The notes under the pieces were generated by a model. It made no database searches and was not told the DNA's origin. It saw only the letters and a list, made by a program, of their open reading frames with translations. From the NCBI GenBank assembly GCA_043228905.1, contig JBHGNT010000007.1, positions 6,882,001-6,946,000 on the forward strand: a stretch of 64,000 bases of DNA. The letters are read 5' to 3'. The translations under genes were made by a program, and so were the position numbers. Below are positions 38,880 through 51,754 of this stretch, piece by piece. Source of the DNA: Azolla caroliniana. Lineage: Eukaryota; Plantae; Polypodiophyta. The number at the start of each line of letters is the position of its first letter. Position 1 is the first letter of the stretch.

Positions 38880-39645
38880 TGTCGCGTTGTTACGCGCGTG
38901 CGTGGAGAAAGGCAGGACCACGGGGGTCTTGGACTAGGGAGCAACGGAGCGTAGGAAGTTGCACTTCACCTTTTCCTGAGGGTACCCAGAAGCATACCGG
39001 AAGCAACCGAAGGGAGAGAGAGAAAGAGAGGGAGCACGCGCTTGACACCAACCCACGCGCACGCACGCACACACACACGCACACACACACAGCTCACGCC
39101 CTCATGTACAGGAAACGCAGGAAAGGGGGAGCACCCGACACCAACAAAGACGCCAATATACACAGACAGACGCAAACGTATATATATATATATGGAAGAA
39201 GAATACATTCCCGGCTTCGAGCCGGACTGAGGTAGGTTACAGTAGTCGTCTGCTACCAAGCCGCCGTCGGGGAGCTCTCAGCTCATCGCGCCGAGCGGGG
39301 TCTTGCACAGGAGGCCGAACCAAAGCAAACCCTAAGCAAAACACGCAGAAGGAGAAGAAGAAGAAGCTAACTCTAAACCTAACAGTATACCCTCTAATGC
39401 AAAATGGGCAACCCTTTCACAAAGGGCGTTCCCTTCCTTTTATAGAACAAGGAAAGGGATGCATTACAATGTGGGACAAATCCCGACTTACATGGGATCG
39501 TCTGTCCCGACTTGACTACTCTTCGGCGCCATAAAGGCGCCCTCGATATTCACACTAAATGTACATGGGTGCGTACACATGCTGCACCCTGCCGACGTAG
39601 CCAATGTTTCCCGGTTTCCGCCTCTGGCCGAAATTCTTCACGACA
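38880..39645 (-). mobile_element. Solo LTR G of the Trp-Gypsy family inside element A RT
   Basis: tgtcgcgttgtt...ttcttcacgaca; flanks ACGT/ATGT; RT resumes (KKNT|LRFIQDL). Confidence 0.88.
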
Positions 39646-40473
39646 ATGTTGCGCTTCATTCAGGACCTGCAATTGCTCAACAATGTGACCATTCGTAATG
39701 CAAGTATCAGACCGACAATAGACGAGTTCGCGGAAGCCTTTACCGGAAGATCAATCTATTTGGTCGGTGATCTGTACTCGGGGTACGATCAGTTCCAACT
39801 AGCCGTGGAGAGCAGGGATATTACTACGATGCGGACCTCTCTCGGCTTAGTGCGGATGTGTACCCTACCACAAGGAGGGACGAACTCGGTGGCGCACATG
39901 GTGAATGTGATGAACAAGGTGCTGAGGGATTGCATCCCGGACATCACCATGCCATTCCTGGACGACATCCCGATCAAAGGATGTCCGGTGGAGGATAAGG
40001 ACGAGGCGGTTGGGCCGGACGGATGCCGGAGGTTCGTCGCGGACCACATTAATGACTACGAGAAGGTGCTGCAAAGGCTGAAGGATGCGCGGCTCACCTT
40101 CTCCGGAGAGAAATCGGTGTTCGGCCAATCAGAGATCCTAGTGATCGGTCACCTATGCAGGCCCTATGGTCGGAAACCGTCTCCGGCAAAGATAGAAGCC
40201 GTCTCCGTAATGAAGGAAGAGTGCAAGTCAGTTATGGAGGTGCGGAGGTTCCTGGGTGCGTACGTGTTCTACCACATCTGGATTCCGCACTACGCACACG
40301 TTGCGGAACCACTTTACGGGTTGCTGAAGAAGGGGCGCAAATTTGAATGGGGCAAGGAGCATACGGAGTCGGTCGGGACACTGAAGGAGGCGTTTAGCGC
40401 AACACCGACTCTCAAGAAAGCGGTCTACGGCAAGGAGGTTCCCATCTACGTAACCGTTGACACAAGCCCGACC

Positions 40474-41365
40474 GGATTCATTCTCAATCGGGTCTATCTT
40501 ACCCTTGACTATGAGATAGTCATGCATTTGTTCCTTCAAGAAGTTGAAGTTCGAGCCGTCGAACCTCCTTAGACTCATTTCCGATGAGCTGGATGTTGAT
40601 GCCATCTGATTCGGTTTCGGTTGGGACAACTTGGTTCGAAGTTGACAACGAACCTTAGTGGGGTGCAGCCGGTCGGCTCACCCAATATCGTTCTAGTCAG
40701 TTTTGAACCCGAGTCGGTTTGGTTTCGGATACTTGTTGTTGAACTTGCTCGGAGTGACTGCGGTAACTTTAGAGACAGAACCGGTTGGTCTTCCCGAATG
40801 TTGTTGAGTCGAAGTGAGCCCAGTTAGCTTCCGATTGTATGTCGAATACTGATTACAAGAAACCGATTGTTTGGGCCGATTTTGCTTCGGATGACTGCAA
40901 CGATGAGAGGGACGGATCCAACTGATCCTCCCGAATGTCGATCAGCCGAATGAAGCACGAATTTGGTTGTTGCCAAGAGACCAATATGCAACGAGTGGTT
41001 ACAACAATCGAGTGAATAGGGTCCGATGACCTATTTGGATGTCGTTTAACCGAATGAAGCATGATTGGGTCAGGTGTTGCACATGGAGCTCCCCTCAAGC
41101 GGTTACAATCACAGGAACAGAATACAGTCGGCTGGCTTACTCCAATTTGTGATTTAACACAGTGAGATGTGAGCCTTCTGTTTTTCTTCTCCCTTCTCTG
41201 TTCTTCAAAGAAAATGAAAGTAGAATGTTGTGTGGTGTACTATGATGGCCGGTAGCGGGTTGAAGAACCTCCAACGCTCTGATACCAAATGTTGGGGACA
41301 AGGCCGTCAATGCGGAAGTGCAAGCAACATTCGTGATGAAGAAGAACCTGTGTATGCACATAAGC

Positions 41366-41406
<41 letters not shown>

Positions 41407-41605
41407 GCACAAAGAAAAACGTTATATTCCAATAGCAACAATTACAAAGAATGACAACCAACAACCTTTTCTAAAGGTTACAAAGTCACTTTATATAATG
41501 ATTGTCCTAGGGCAACTGCCCTTTATGCTATTTACAGAAATAACCCAAACTTGGGTTGTCCAAAGGGACAGTGTGAATACGGCCATTATACACTTGTATT
41601 CAACA
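40474..41605 (-). mobile_element. 5' end of a Copia element (LTR 41290-41605, Met-i PBS 41276-41287, leader, gag start) fused by deletion to element A RT
   Basis: gag MASTSSSSEMSLRRFDGSNFNF.KEQM.DYLIVKG; LTR homologous (inverted) to 51418-51754. Confidence 0.85.
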
Positions 41606-43154
41606 GGTTCCGCCTCAAGATCCACACATAGTGATGGATTTTCATGACAATGTTTCTTCTTTGTAATCTGTTTTCTCCACGACAACGACATCCACCCACA
41701 CCAAACCGCACATCCTCTGGTACGTGCCAAGAAGAGAGAGTGTGAGATTTCGGCTATGGTGATCAATACGATTCCTCCATTTCAAGCATGTCCATTCCTT
41801 TCACTCGAACCATTGTCGCCACCCAATCCACCATATCATTCGCTCATTCTTTGTTTTACCATGACCAGTTGTCATGGCCCCTTGTTCTCCTTCCGAGCAT
41901 AACTGTTTAGGCTTTATGCATGTGCCACCTTTGTCTCAATCGTCTCCTTGCTCAAGGCACTTAGACCCATCACGCATTTTTGTTTTGTATCTTCCTCTCC
42001 AAGCCTTTATCTAAATAATGACATTGACTACCCCATATAGTACCTTCAAGTGCATGCCCACTTCAAGATCCTTACGCGACCATGCTCTATGTTTCTCACT
42101 TTGTCCAGTTTCATGGTACAATCTCATGTTAGAGTTGATAATCTTCACACTAGTGTCTCTTGTTAGATGTTTTGATCATATCCTTCGGATCCTCATGGCT
42201 CACTTGGCCATCGTCATCCCTTGTCATACTTTGCTCGGACTCTTTGTTGCATGCATCAACTCTCGACGATGTGCTTTGCTTGACCTCTTTCTCCCACACA
42301 TCAGCTTCAACCCTTGCTTCCTCGCCATCATCGTCCTTCTCTTGGGTCTTACATCAGTTAATGCCCAAGTCTCCAGAACGAGTGTGGAGTGATCCATATG
42401 TATTTGTCGGTCATGCCCCGACATCGACCTTCACTTCCCCGCCATCACCTTCTATCTCATGGGTCTCGCGTTGGCTTTGAAACGCAATTACCCAAGTCTC
42501 TAGAGAATATGCGAAGGAATCCATTTGTCTTTGGTCAATTGCCTCTGTCACCTTTGCTTTGATGTCATCTTTCACATCGGATTTGAACTTCCCCTTGTTG
42601 CCACCTTCCGTCTCTTGGGTCTTATGTTGGTTCTCAGAAGCAACTGCCCAAGTCTCTAGAACTAGTGTGGGGAAAGTCTTGTCACCACCATTCACCATCG
42701 ACTCGTCCATATCTATCTTCGCCTTGATGCTATTATCTGCATTGGCTTCATCCTTCACTTCCCCGCGGCCACCTTCGGTCTCTTCGGTCTCATGTTGGCT
42801 CTCGGACGCAACTGTCAAAGTCTTTGGAACAAGTGTGGAGGAATCCTCTCCATGGTCATTGCTCTCTCTTGCCATCTTCAAGCCAATATCATTGTTTGTA
42901 TTGTCTTGGTCCTTCCCTTCCTCTTCGCCACCATTCGTCCCTTGGGTCTCACGTTGGTTCTTAGATGCAACTGCCCAAGTCTCCAAAACAAGTGTCGAGA
43001 AAGTCTCACTATGTTCGTCGGCCACCCTTGTTGTCTTGTTGATAGCCACCTCCTTGATGTCATCTTTAGTGGCTAGATCCTCAATCATGCCAGACTCACA
43101 CTCTGTAAAAAACGAAGGTGCGGAAGCATTAGACAACCGGCTTAGCTGTATAGC

Positions 43155-43199
<45 letters not shown>

Positions 43200-46100
43200 A
43201 CACACAGAAGGTATGCAAGAGAGACAGAGAAAGAGCAGAACAACTTAAATCTATTATCAACAACTCTATAAAATTCTTTGTACATACAACGTGCTCAACA
43301 ACACTATTTATACAAGTCCTAAGAGGACTGACAAAGCTACAATGTACTTTAATGCTCACACGAGCGTTTGACACTAACTATGAGACATTAACTACCTAGT
43401 AGTCTAGGCTATTACTAGGATTCCGATTACTGCTTGATCCAGCTCATCCTTTCGGATGCCGATCCGGCTCAAGCTTATTCAACCGATTCGGATCTGGTTG
43501 AGCTTGCCGCTCAACACTCCCCCTCAAGCTCAACTTGAGGTCGGATCGTAGTGTCAGTCTCCATGGCAACCAGTCCTTCCACCCGGCTCCTTCTCGCGTC
43601 ACCCCGCCTCGCTCGCGCTCCTCGTCCGGTCTAGTCCCGTTTGCCGCGACCTTTCTGATTCTGCACACCTTGACTTCCTCTGTCGGCTTGTCTGCTCAAC
43701 AGGCCCAATTCAGCTCCCTCGTTGTTGTGACTTTGACGCTTGCCGATTGCAAATTCCTTCGTGTTGGCGTCGACTTTCGCTACCTTCTCGTCCTCTTGGC
43801 CTTGAATTGATCCGATTCTTCCGAATTTGTCTATTGAACCGAAATGGTTGTCTCCGATTCGTTCAACCTCTTGTCCGAATCAGTCGCTCCCAATTCGTCT
43901 TCCGATTCCAGGCCCTTCGCCACATCGGACCATGTCCGGGTCTTGGCCTTCTTCTTCTAGTTGGCTCTGTCCTTCTTGACTCTGTCGTCGTTGTCGATTG
44001 TTCCGACTTGTTCGGATGTGTCAACTTCCTTTGTCGACTCGACTCCTTTCTTCTTCTTGTCTCTCCCTTTGTCGGTTCTTCCCTCACCGGCACAATTGGC
44101 AATTTCTTTGCCTTTGCTTGTTCCGGTGTCTTTGCCCATTCTCCCCCTCAAGTGTGGCACGTCGAGATGCTGAACACCAAGCATTTCGGCGAAGTGTTGC
44201 AACTTGTCTGATCCGAGTAGTTTGGTGAAGATGTCGGCAACTTGCCGATCCGTATGAACATACCGAAGTTCAACTTCACCGCTCAGGACACGCTCATGCA
44301 CAAAGTGGTAGTGCACTTCTATGTGCTTTGTGCGAGCATGGAATACGGGGTTCTTGGCGAGTTTCATGCTGCTTATGTTGTCGCAGTAGATCAAGATTGG
44401 GGTCGGCACCTTGATCCGCAAGTCTCGCAGCAATCGCCGAAGCCAAATGGCTTCACAGGTGGCAACGGTAGCGCCCCGGTATTCAGCCTCAGTGCTCGAA
44501 AGGGCCACTGTTCGCTGCTTTTTGCTGCTCCACGCAACAGTCGTGCTACCAAGGGAAAACATATAGCCGGAGGTGGATCGACGATCCGATGCATCGCCGG
44601 CCCAATCGGCATCGGTGTAGCCGACTAGCTCTTCGGTTATACCATGCCGGTATAACAGTCCCCGGTCCTTCGTGTTGTTCACATATATTGGCTGATCACG
44701 CCGATCGGATAACTGATGTTGGGTCGGGTGATTGTCAAATATATAAGGCTTCCGACGATTTGTCGGAACCACTTCTCATCGTAGGCCGGTCCGGAGTCGG
44801 GACGAAGCTTTTGGTTCCGGTCCAGGGGCGTGGAGATCGATCGACATTCCGTCATGCTGAGTTTGTATAGCATATTCAACACATAGTGTCTTTGTGAGAG
44901 CAATATGCCGTCGGGGGTTCAGATCGCCTCGATCCCAAGGAAATAGTGAAGGTCGCCCAAGTCCTTCATCTCAAATGCTTCCAACAACTGGGACTTGACT
45001 CAGTTGATTTCATCGAGTCTGGGTCCGGTGATGACTAGATCATCAACATACAACAAGATGCAAACCAGACTGTCTGAACCTTGCCGGATGAACAACGAAG
45101 AGTCGAACTTGGAGGCCGCAAACCCCATCTTACGCAACTGGTGCGTGATCTTCGCATTCCAAGCTCGGGGGGCTTGCCTCATGCCATAAAGTGACTTCTT
45201 CAGCCGGCATACCGTTGACTTGTTCATCTCCAACTAGAAACCAGGGGGTTGGGTCATAAAGACCTCTTCTTCAAGATCGCCTTGAAGAAATGAATTCTTC
45301 ACGTCCATCTGGTGAAGATGCCACCCCCTTGCCGCAGCAACCGCCAACACCACACGAACCGTCGTCATCTTCACTACCGAAGCAAAGGTCTCGTCGTAGT
45401 TGATTCCGTGGGTCTATGTGTATCCCTTCGCCACTAACTGGGACTTGTACCGGTTAACCGAACCGTCGGCATTATACTTTACCTTGTACACCCACTTACA
45501 TCCGATCGGTTTACAATGTCGGGGAGGGTCAACTAGGTCCCAAGTGTCGTTGGCATCAAGTGCCCGCATTTCTTCCTCCATATCGACACGCCAATTTGCA
45601 TCCTTTGCTGCTTCTGCGTAGCTCTCCGGCTCATGCACTTCCACCACCTTGGTCATGTACGCATAGTGATGCGCCATGTACTCATTGTACCCGTACCGCT
45701 TCACGGGTTCTTTTGGCGGGAAGACTGGTGTAACTTATCATTACCCAGTTTGAGGCCCTTCTTGGCCGGTTCGGTCTTCATTGTCGAAGATCGGCCTTCT
45801 TCTTTTTCAGAGTCGGATCCGCTCCGATCCGACTCACCATTGCCGGTCTTGTGCTCCGGCATCTTCCTCTTCCCCTTTTCCTTGCGCGTGAACCGTCTCC
45901 TCGGTTCCTTGCGCGAGGGGAACACGACAGAGTCTCCATTACTCACCGGTTCATCTTCCAACTAATCTGTCTGACCCAGTCGCTCGTTCGACCCGCTCAA
46001 TTGAAACAATTCCAAACTCTCATCTAGAGTCTCAAACCCTTCGTCTTCTAACTGAACCGGTTCAGGCTCACTAGCCTCATCCTCCGGTATCGGGTCGGGG

Positions 46101-48522
46101 TCGGAAGTCGGAGCCAGTAAGGCATACCATGATACCGTCTCATCAAACTCAACATCCCGGCTAACTCGGACCTACTTCATCTGGGGGTTATAACACTTAT
46201 ACCCCTTTTGCTCATGTGAGTAACCAACCAGGATGCATTTCTCCGACTTTGCATCCAACTTCCTCCGCTTCTCATCCGGCACATGCACATATGCAATGCT
46301 ACCGAATATCCGAAGGTGTCTCAAATTCGGCTTGCGCTCGAAATACAACTCATGCATGGACACCTTGTCACCGATCCGGTTTTGGATATAGACGGCCATC
46401 CAGACCGCCCCAGCCTAGTAGAAATGGGGCATGCTCTTCTCCTCCAGCATTGCCCTTGCCACATCGACAATTGACCGGTTCTTCCTCTCGGCCACACCAT
46501 TTTGCTCTGGTGTGTATCTATAGTTGAACTCTCTCTTAATTCCTTTTTGCTATAGATAATTGTTGAATTGGCCAGAAAAATATTGTTTTCCGCCATCCGA
46601 CCGCAGGCACTTATCTTCCTCTCCGTTTCCCGTTCAACCAGGCTTTGCAGGTTCCGGAAACACTTGAAGACTTCGCTCTTCCACTCAATGAGGTAGATCC
46701 TTGTGTGCCGGCTATAGTCATCAATGAAGGAGACGAAGTATCGACTCCCGCCAAGACTAACGTTCTGTGATGGTCCCCATACATCCGAATGAATAAGGTC
46801 GAGCTTGTTACGGCTACGGTTTCATTCGGTGGGGAATGGAAGTCGGTGTTATTTCCCAAGTTGGCAGGCTTCACATATTTGGACATTCCGGCCATTAAAC
46901 TTTGGCAAACCGAAAACAACTTGTTTCGTTTGCAAGTCTTGAAGCCTTCGGTAATTGACATGGCCGATCCGCTTGTGCTAGAGATCAATATCTGATTCAA
47001 TCTTCTGTCATTTGGCGAACAAGGCGGTGCCAACGTCATTGGTGTCGAGGATGAACACCCTCCCATCTCTGCGCCCCTGCGCAATAATCTGGCCCTCTTC
47101 CTCAATGAAGCACCCAAGGTGCGTAAACCGCACTTGCATCCCCTGGTCAACGATCTGACCGAATGACACCAAGTTCTTCGTGATAGTCAAAACGTGTAAT
47201 ACGTTCATCAGCTTCCCCCTCTGTCCGACGTGGCTCAAAGGGACTTCTTTGACATGCACGATTGGGTGAGGAGTGTCGTCTCCGGTTTCGATGACTCCCG
47301 GTTGTTCCAGTTTCTCCAAGAAAGAGAATCACTCTTTGTGGCTCGTCATGTGATTCGACGCACCGAAATCAACGTACCACACTTCCTCCAATTTGGAAGT
47401 GGTCTTCTTCATCGAGTTAGCCTTGTGTTTCATCACCAAGGCTGCCCCCTTTACCAGCTTTTCCGGTTTTGGATCCTCCCGATCCTTCTACGTAGTGTGA
47501 GTATTGTCGATTCTCTTTGTCGGCCTTGCCGGATCTGGATATGTCTGAATCGGTGCGCCTCTTCTAGTACTTGCTTTCTCTGTGGCCCTTTTTACCACAG
47601 TACCAGCATTCCGTGTCAGCCTTTGCTTGCCGATCTCCGGCGCCGCCTTGACTCCCCCTGCTTGTGGAGGGTCCGGAACTGTTGTCGGCATGTTCTCTGT
47701 GCCTTCGGTCCTACTCTTGCCGGCCGTTACCATTGCGAGCCAACCCGCCTCGTCCACCACGCCCATAGAGCCGATCCGCCTCCATGTACAGCATCCGGTT
47801 GTCGGTGGGTGCACTTGTTGACGCACCGACGTGGTTCTCCTCTACAAGGAGCATCGACTGTAAGTCAAAAAATGACGGCATATTCTCCCCTGTACATACC
47901 GATGTTCAGAGCGCTCTGAACTTAGACGCTAGGCCCCCAAGATAGATCTGCACCATCTCATCTTCCTCTACAGTGACGTTGATAGAGGCAAGTGAGTCAC
48001 AAATCTCTTTGATCCGAGCCATGTAATCGGCTACCGACATGTCCTTCTATCGGACATTGCTCAACTCCTATCGGAGTTGCAGCTTCCGAGTCGTAGTGCT
48101 TGCTGCGAAAACCTTCTTCAAGTTTCCCCAAGCTTCTTTTGGTGTCTTGGCATCTCGGACATGTATCAACAACTGGTCTCAGACACTGGACACAAAGTAG
48201 TACATCACTCTACTTGCCGCTTGTTCCCACACTGGGAAGTCCTTGTGTGCCGCATCAAGTGTTGTGTCGTTAGCTCCGTCGACATAGCTCCAGTAACCAT
48301 GCCCAAGCAGGTACTAGTGCATCTTGTATGACCAAGATGCGTAGTTGGATCTGTCGAGCTTCTCCATCGGGAGCGAGCTACCCATTCCTCTGTCCATCAC
48401 TTCTCTTTCTATTCTTACCGGGTCTTAGGATTTGTCTTCAAATGTTGATGTCAGCTGCAAAGGTTCTCAACCCTCGCACTCTGATACCATGTAAAAAACG
48501 AAGGTGCAGAAGTGTTAGACAA

Positions 48523-48577
<55 letters not shown>

Positions 48578-50007
48578 ACACACAGAAGGTATGCAAGAGA
48601 GACAGAGAAAGAGCAAAACAACTTAAATCTATTATCAACAACTCTATAAAATTCTTTGTACATACAACGTGCTCAACAACACTATTTATACAAGTCCTAA
48701 GAGGATTGACAGAGGTACAGTGTACTTTAATGCTCACAGGAGCGTCTGACACTAACTACGAGACATTAACTACCTAGTAGTCTAGGCTGCTACTAGGCTT
48801 CCGGTTACTACTTGATCCGGCTAACCGACTCCCCAGCTCACCGGCTCACCAATCTAGCTCATCCTTCTGGATGCCGATCCGGCTCAGGCTTATTCAGCCA
48901 ATCAAGATCCGGTTGAGCTTGCCGCTCAACACACTCTTTATCTCCCTTGACGCAAGCTTCGATTAGGCTTGCTCCTTCATCATTCGATGTTTCGAACACG
49001 ATGCATGTTCCGAAACATTCGTCCCCTCTCAAAGTGGCCTTCGTTGTCCTCAAGTGATCATCAATCTTCTTTTCATCCAAGTTGCTTTGTTTAGATGGCT
49101 CAACTTCTTTAGATGGTCTTGCTTTTTCTATGCTTGGCCTTACCAAGTCAATGTCATCAAGCCATTGACAACGCTTTGTCGAGCCTGTTGCATGCTCGCT
49201 TCACCACATTCCCGTTTGTCACAAGCCCGTTCGCTTGGGTATCATCTTCGAGGAGAGTCCCCAATTCTCGTCTATCCTTCATATCCACAACTTTCAAGAA
49301 GTACAAAGTCTTGTCCTCCTCAAGCAGCACCTGGTTCGTGACGGGGAGACGACCAAACATCTGGTCGAACTCGTCGTATACCCTCGAGGCGCTCATCTTC
49401 TTATTTTTCTTTTCTATCCACTTCATCAAGACATGTCGAGTCATCCTCGACAAATCTTCCGTCACGAACTCCGCTAATATTGTTTTCTCGAACTCAGATC
49501 ATGTTGTCTTCGCTTCTTGAAGCTTGATGACTCGCCTTTGGACGTTGTTGGCGACAACTCTCTTGAAACTTGAGATTTGACGTGCTTCAGACATATCCCT
49601 CTGATTCATCTCCCTTTTTTATGCATCAAGGAACTTTGTAATGTTCCTTCCATCAAATTGACCCACAACCTCCACGACACGATCGATAGCCTTCTCCATG
49701 CTCGCATCGTTGTCGCGAGATCTCATCATTTGTTCGAAGATTATCATCATTCTTTTCTAACTCTCCTGCATGATTCCTTGAGGATGTCATCTCTAAGTAT
49801 CGATCGATCCTCGCCTTGATCCTTCCTACCGCTTCTTCATGCCAGGTTCACCAGAAAGATGTCGAGGAAATCCTCGCGTGTTCGCAAAATGAAGCAGGAC
49901 CACCGGGTCCTGGACCGGAAGGATTCGAAGGTTGTACTAGCTTTAGCGAGAAAGTATTTAAGATAGATACAAGGAGATTGAGAGACGGAGATTCCAATTA
50001 TGAGACT

Positions 50008-50046
<39 letters not shown>

Positions 50047-50400
50047 AGATTGATATTGAACCCTTGACTTCAATTGTTAGAGACAAGATACATCACCAAT
50101 AAGGTAACTAGATTTTATTATTGTGTCCTTGATTCGGTACATAACTTCCCCCATTGTTTCTTTTTCCTCCACTCTTTTATAGATGCCCCCATGCATATGA
50201 TGCATGTCAGGGTGCAAGACATGCATACAATGCACGTAATGCATGCAATGCATGTTTGCCACTTGGCACTCATGCATTACATGTGATGCATGATGTCCAT
50301 GTCACTCATCGAAGCTCTCATGTATGGGAATTTACATGTGAAGAATATAATGGAAAATACAACTTTTAAAGAAATGACTTGGCTTAGTGGTAAGTCAATT
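41606..50400 (-). mobile_element. Old, apparently non-autonomous Trp-Gypsy relative H (5' LTR from 49860, PBS 49837-49853, gag remnant, acidic repeat ORF, PPT ~41691), interrupted by Copia 43104-48931
   Basis: PBS tcatgccaggttcacca; gag remnant EDKTLYFLKVVD..LLED..VVKRACNRLDK resembles 21143 gag; 3' end tccacccacacc..cgcacatcc..gtgccaa as in B and E; no pol motifs recognised. Confidence 0.65.
43104..48931 (-). mobile_element. Full-length but decayed Ty1/Copia element; LTRs 43104-43516 and 48490-48931; TSD CACTC
   Basis: Met-i PBS 48478-48489; PPT ctccccctcaag 43517-43528; motifs WYVDFGASNH, HSDVWG, GCKWVYK, LLYVDDL, WSSKKQ..STEAEY, ARTKHIEVHYHF; frameshifts; LTRs differ by an indel and substitutions. 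Confidence 0.95.
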
Positions 50401-50419
50401 GTATTATGTAAGATTGTCC

Positions 50420-51754
50420 CTCCTTGTGGGGGAGTCGGCCGAAAAGCCAAAATGAGAGTCGGCTAGCTGAAATTGGTCAGGAAGCCGAAACAACATCTGG
50501 TTGGCCGAAACAAGAGTCGGTTGGCCGAAATCGACCAAAAAGATTGAAATGGGATTCGGTCAAATGGAAGTCAGTCAATTAGAAGTTCAGACGAATACAC
50601 ACATACATATATATACATAGTCATATATATATATATGAGATACGTTAGTATATATATAGAGAGAGTCGTATTAGCTGCATATATATGTGTGGGATATCTC
50701 ACTGAGAAAAAACAGTGAGAGAAGTGCGAAAGAGAACCCTTCTAACACCGGCAATCAACTCCTTGATGGTCGCGATGGTCGCGACACGGCCTAACATTGC
50801 TCACGTCGTAGGAGTCGTTAGCAGATTTATGCACAATCCCGACCGATCGCATTGGAACGCAATAAAACATGTGTTCAAATATCTAGTGGGCACAAAAGAC
50901 TATGGCATCCTATTTGGCCTAAATGACAATTTCAGGCGTAATCGAATACACCGACTCAGATTTTGTTGGCTATGTGGATAGTCAAAAATCGACAACCAGT
51001 TATTGTTTCAAATTTGACAATGGAGCGATCTCGTGGAAATTGAAACTTTAGGAGTGCACTGCCACATCAACAACTGAGGGCGAATATGTAGCCGCGTTCG
51101 ATGCGGCAAAAGAGGCCTATGGCTCGATCAGCTAGCTCGCACGTTTCGACAAGTCAATAATGTCATAGATGGGATGACCAAGTGTCTTTCGACAGATCGA
51201 TTTCAATCCCTTCGACATTGTATGGGTGTAATGAAGAATTAGTCCGATTGAGTCAGACACTCTGGATGGTTTCGAACAATCATCATTGGCAATTCGAGGT
51301 TCGGTCTCGGATTTTGCCAATTCGAACAAAACAGATATGTTCGATAACTTTATATAATTTGTAATTCTTATTTATTCTTTTTACGGATTTTTGGTGTATA
51401 CGCCCATTACGGGGGAGTGTCGAATATGAGTCTCTAATGGTCGTATTCACGTTGTCCCTTTAGATAGTCTAGGTTTAGGACATCTTTGTAAATATGTCAA
51501 AGGGCAGTTGCCCTAACCCAATTAGTATATAACGAGCTTTGTAAGCTAGTTCATAATGTTGTTACTATTGTTAGAGAGTTGTTGCCTCCATTGTATTGTA
51601 ACCATTTTTTGAATAAAATTGTTACATTGTGTGCCTCTTGATCTCTCTTACTCTCTCTCCCTCAGTTCTTCGAACTTGCTTTCATTTGTACACTCGGTGA
51701 TCTTCATCTCAAGGTGTTGTTGATGTTCTGCACTAACAGCCTCAGTTCCCAACA
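50420..51754 (+). mobile_element. Decayed Copia 3' end (RT/RH remnant, PPT, 3' LTR 51418-51754)
   Basis: SLMVAMVATRPNIAHVVGVVSRFMHNP..HWNAIKHVFKYL; PPT gggggag at 51411-51417; TG...CA LTR. Confidence 0.8.

Larger units (their letters stand above)
20486..40473 (+). mobile_element. tRNA-Trp-primed non-chromoviral Gypsy element A (5' LTR 20486-~21102; gag 21143-22340; resumes 36924-40473 with protease and RT); host of nested insertions; 3' end lost
   Basis: PBS tggtgaacccgacgtga 21108-21124. Reading continues across the insert (EEADR | EQ..EVTGW). Protease DHDSEINLM; RT NRWFTVPKK, LPQGGTNS, FLDDIPI. Confidence 0.85.

Noticed and set aside
40228-40629. Apparent novel fusion ORFs (39604-40572 and 40228-40629)
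   Set aside because: Deletion junction at ~40474 between a plus-strand Gypsy RT and a minus-strand Copia gag.
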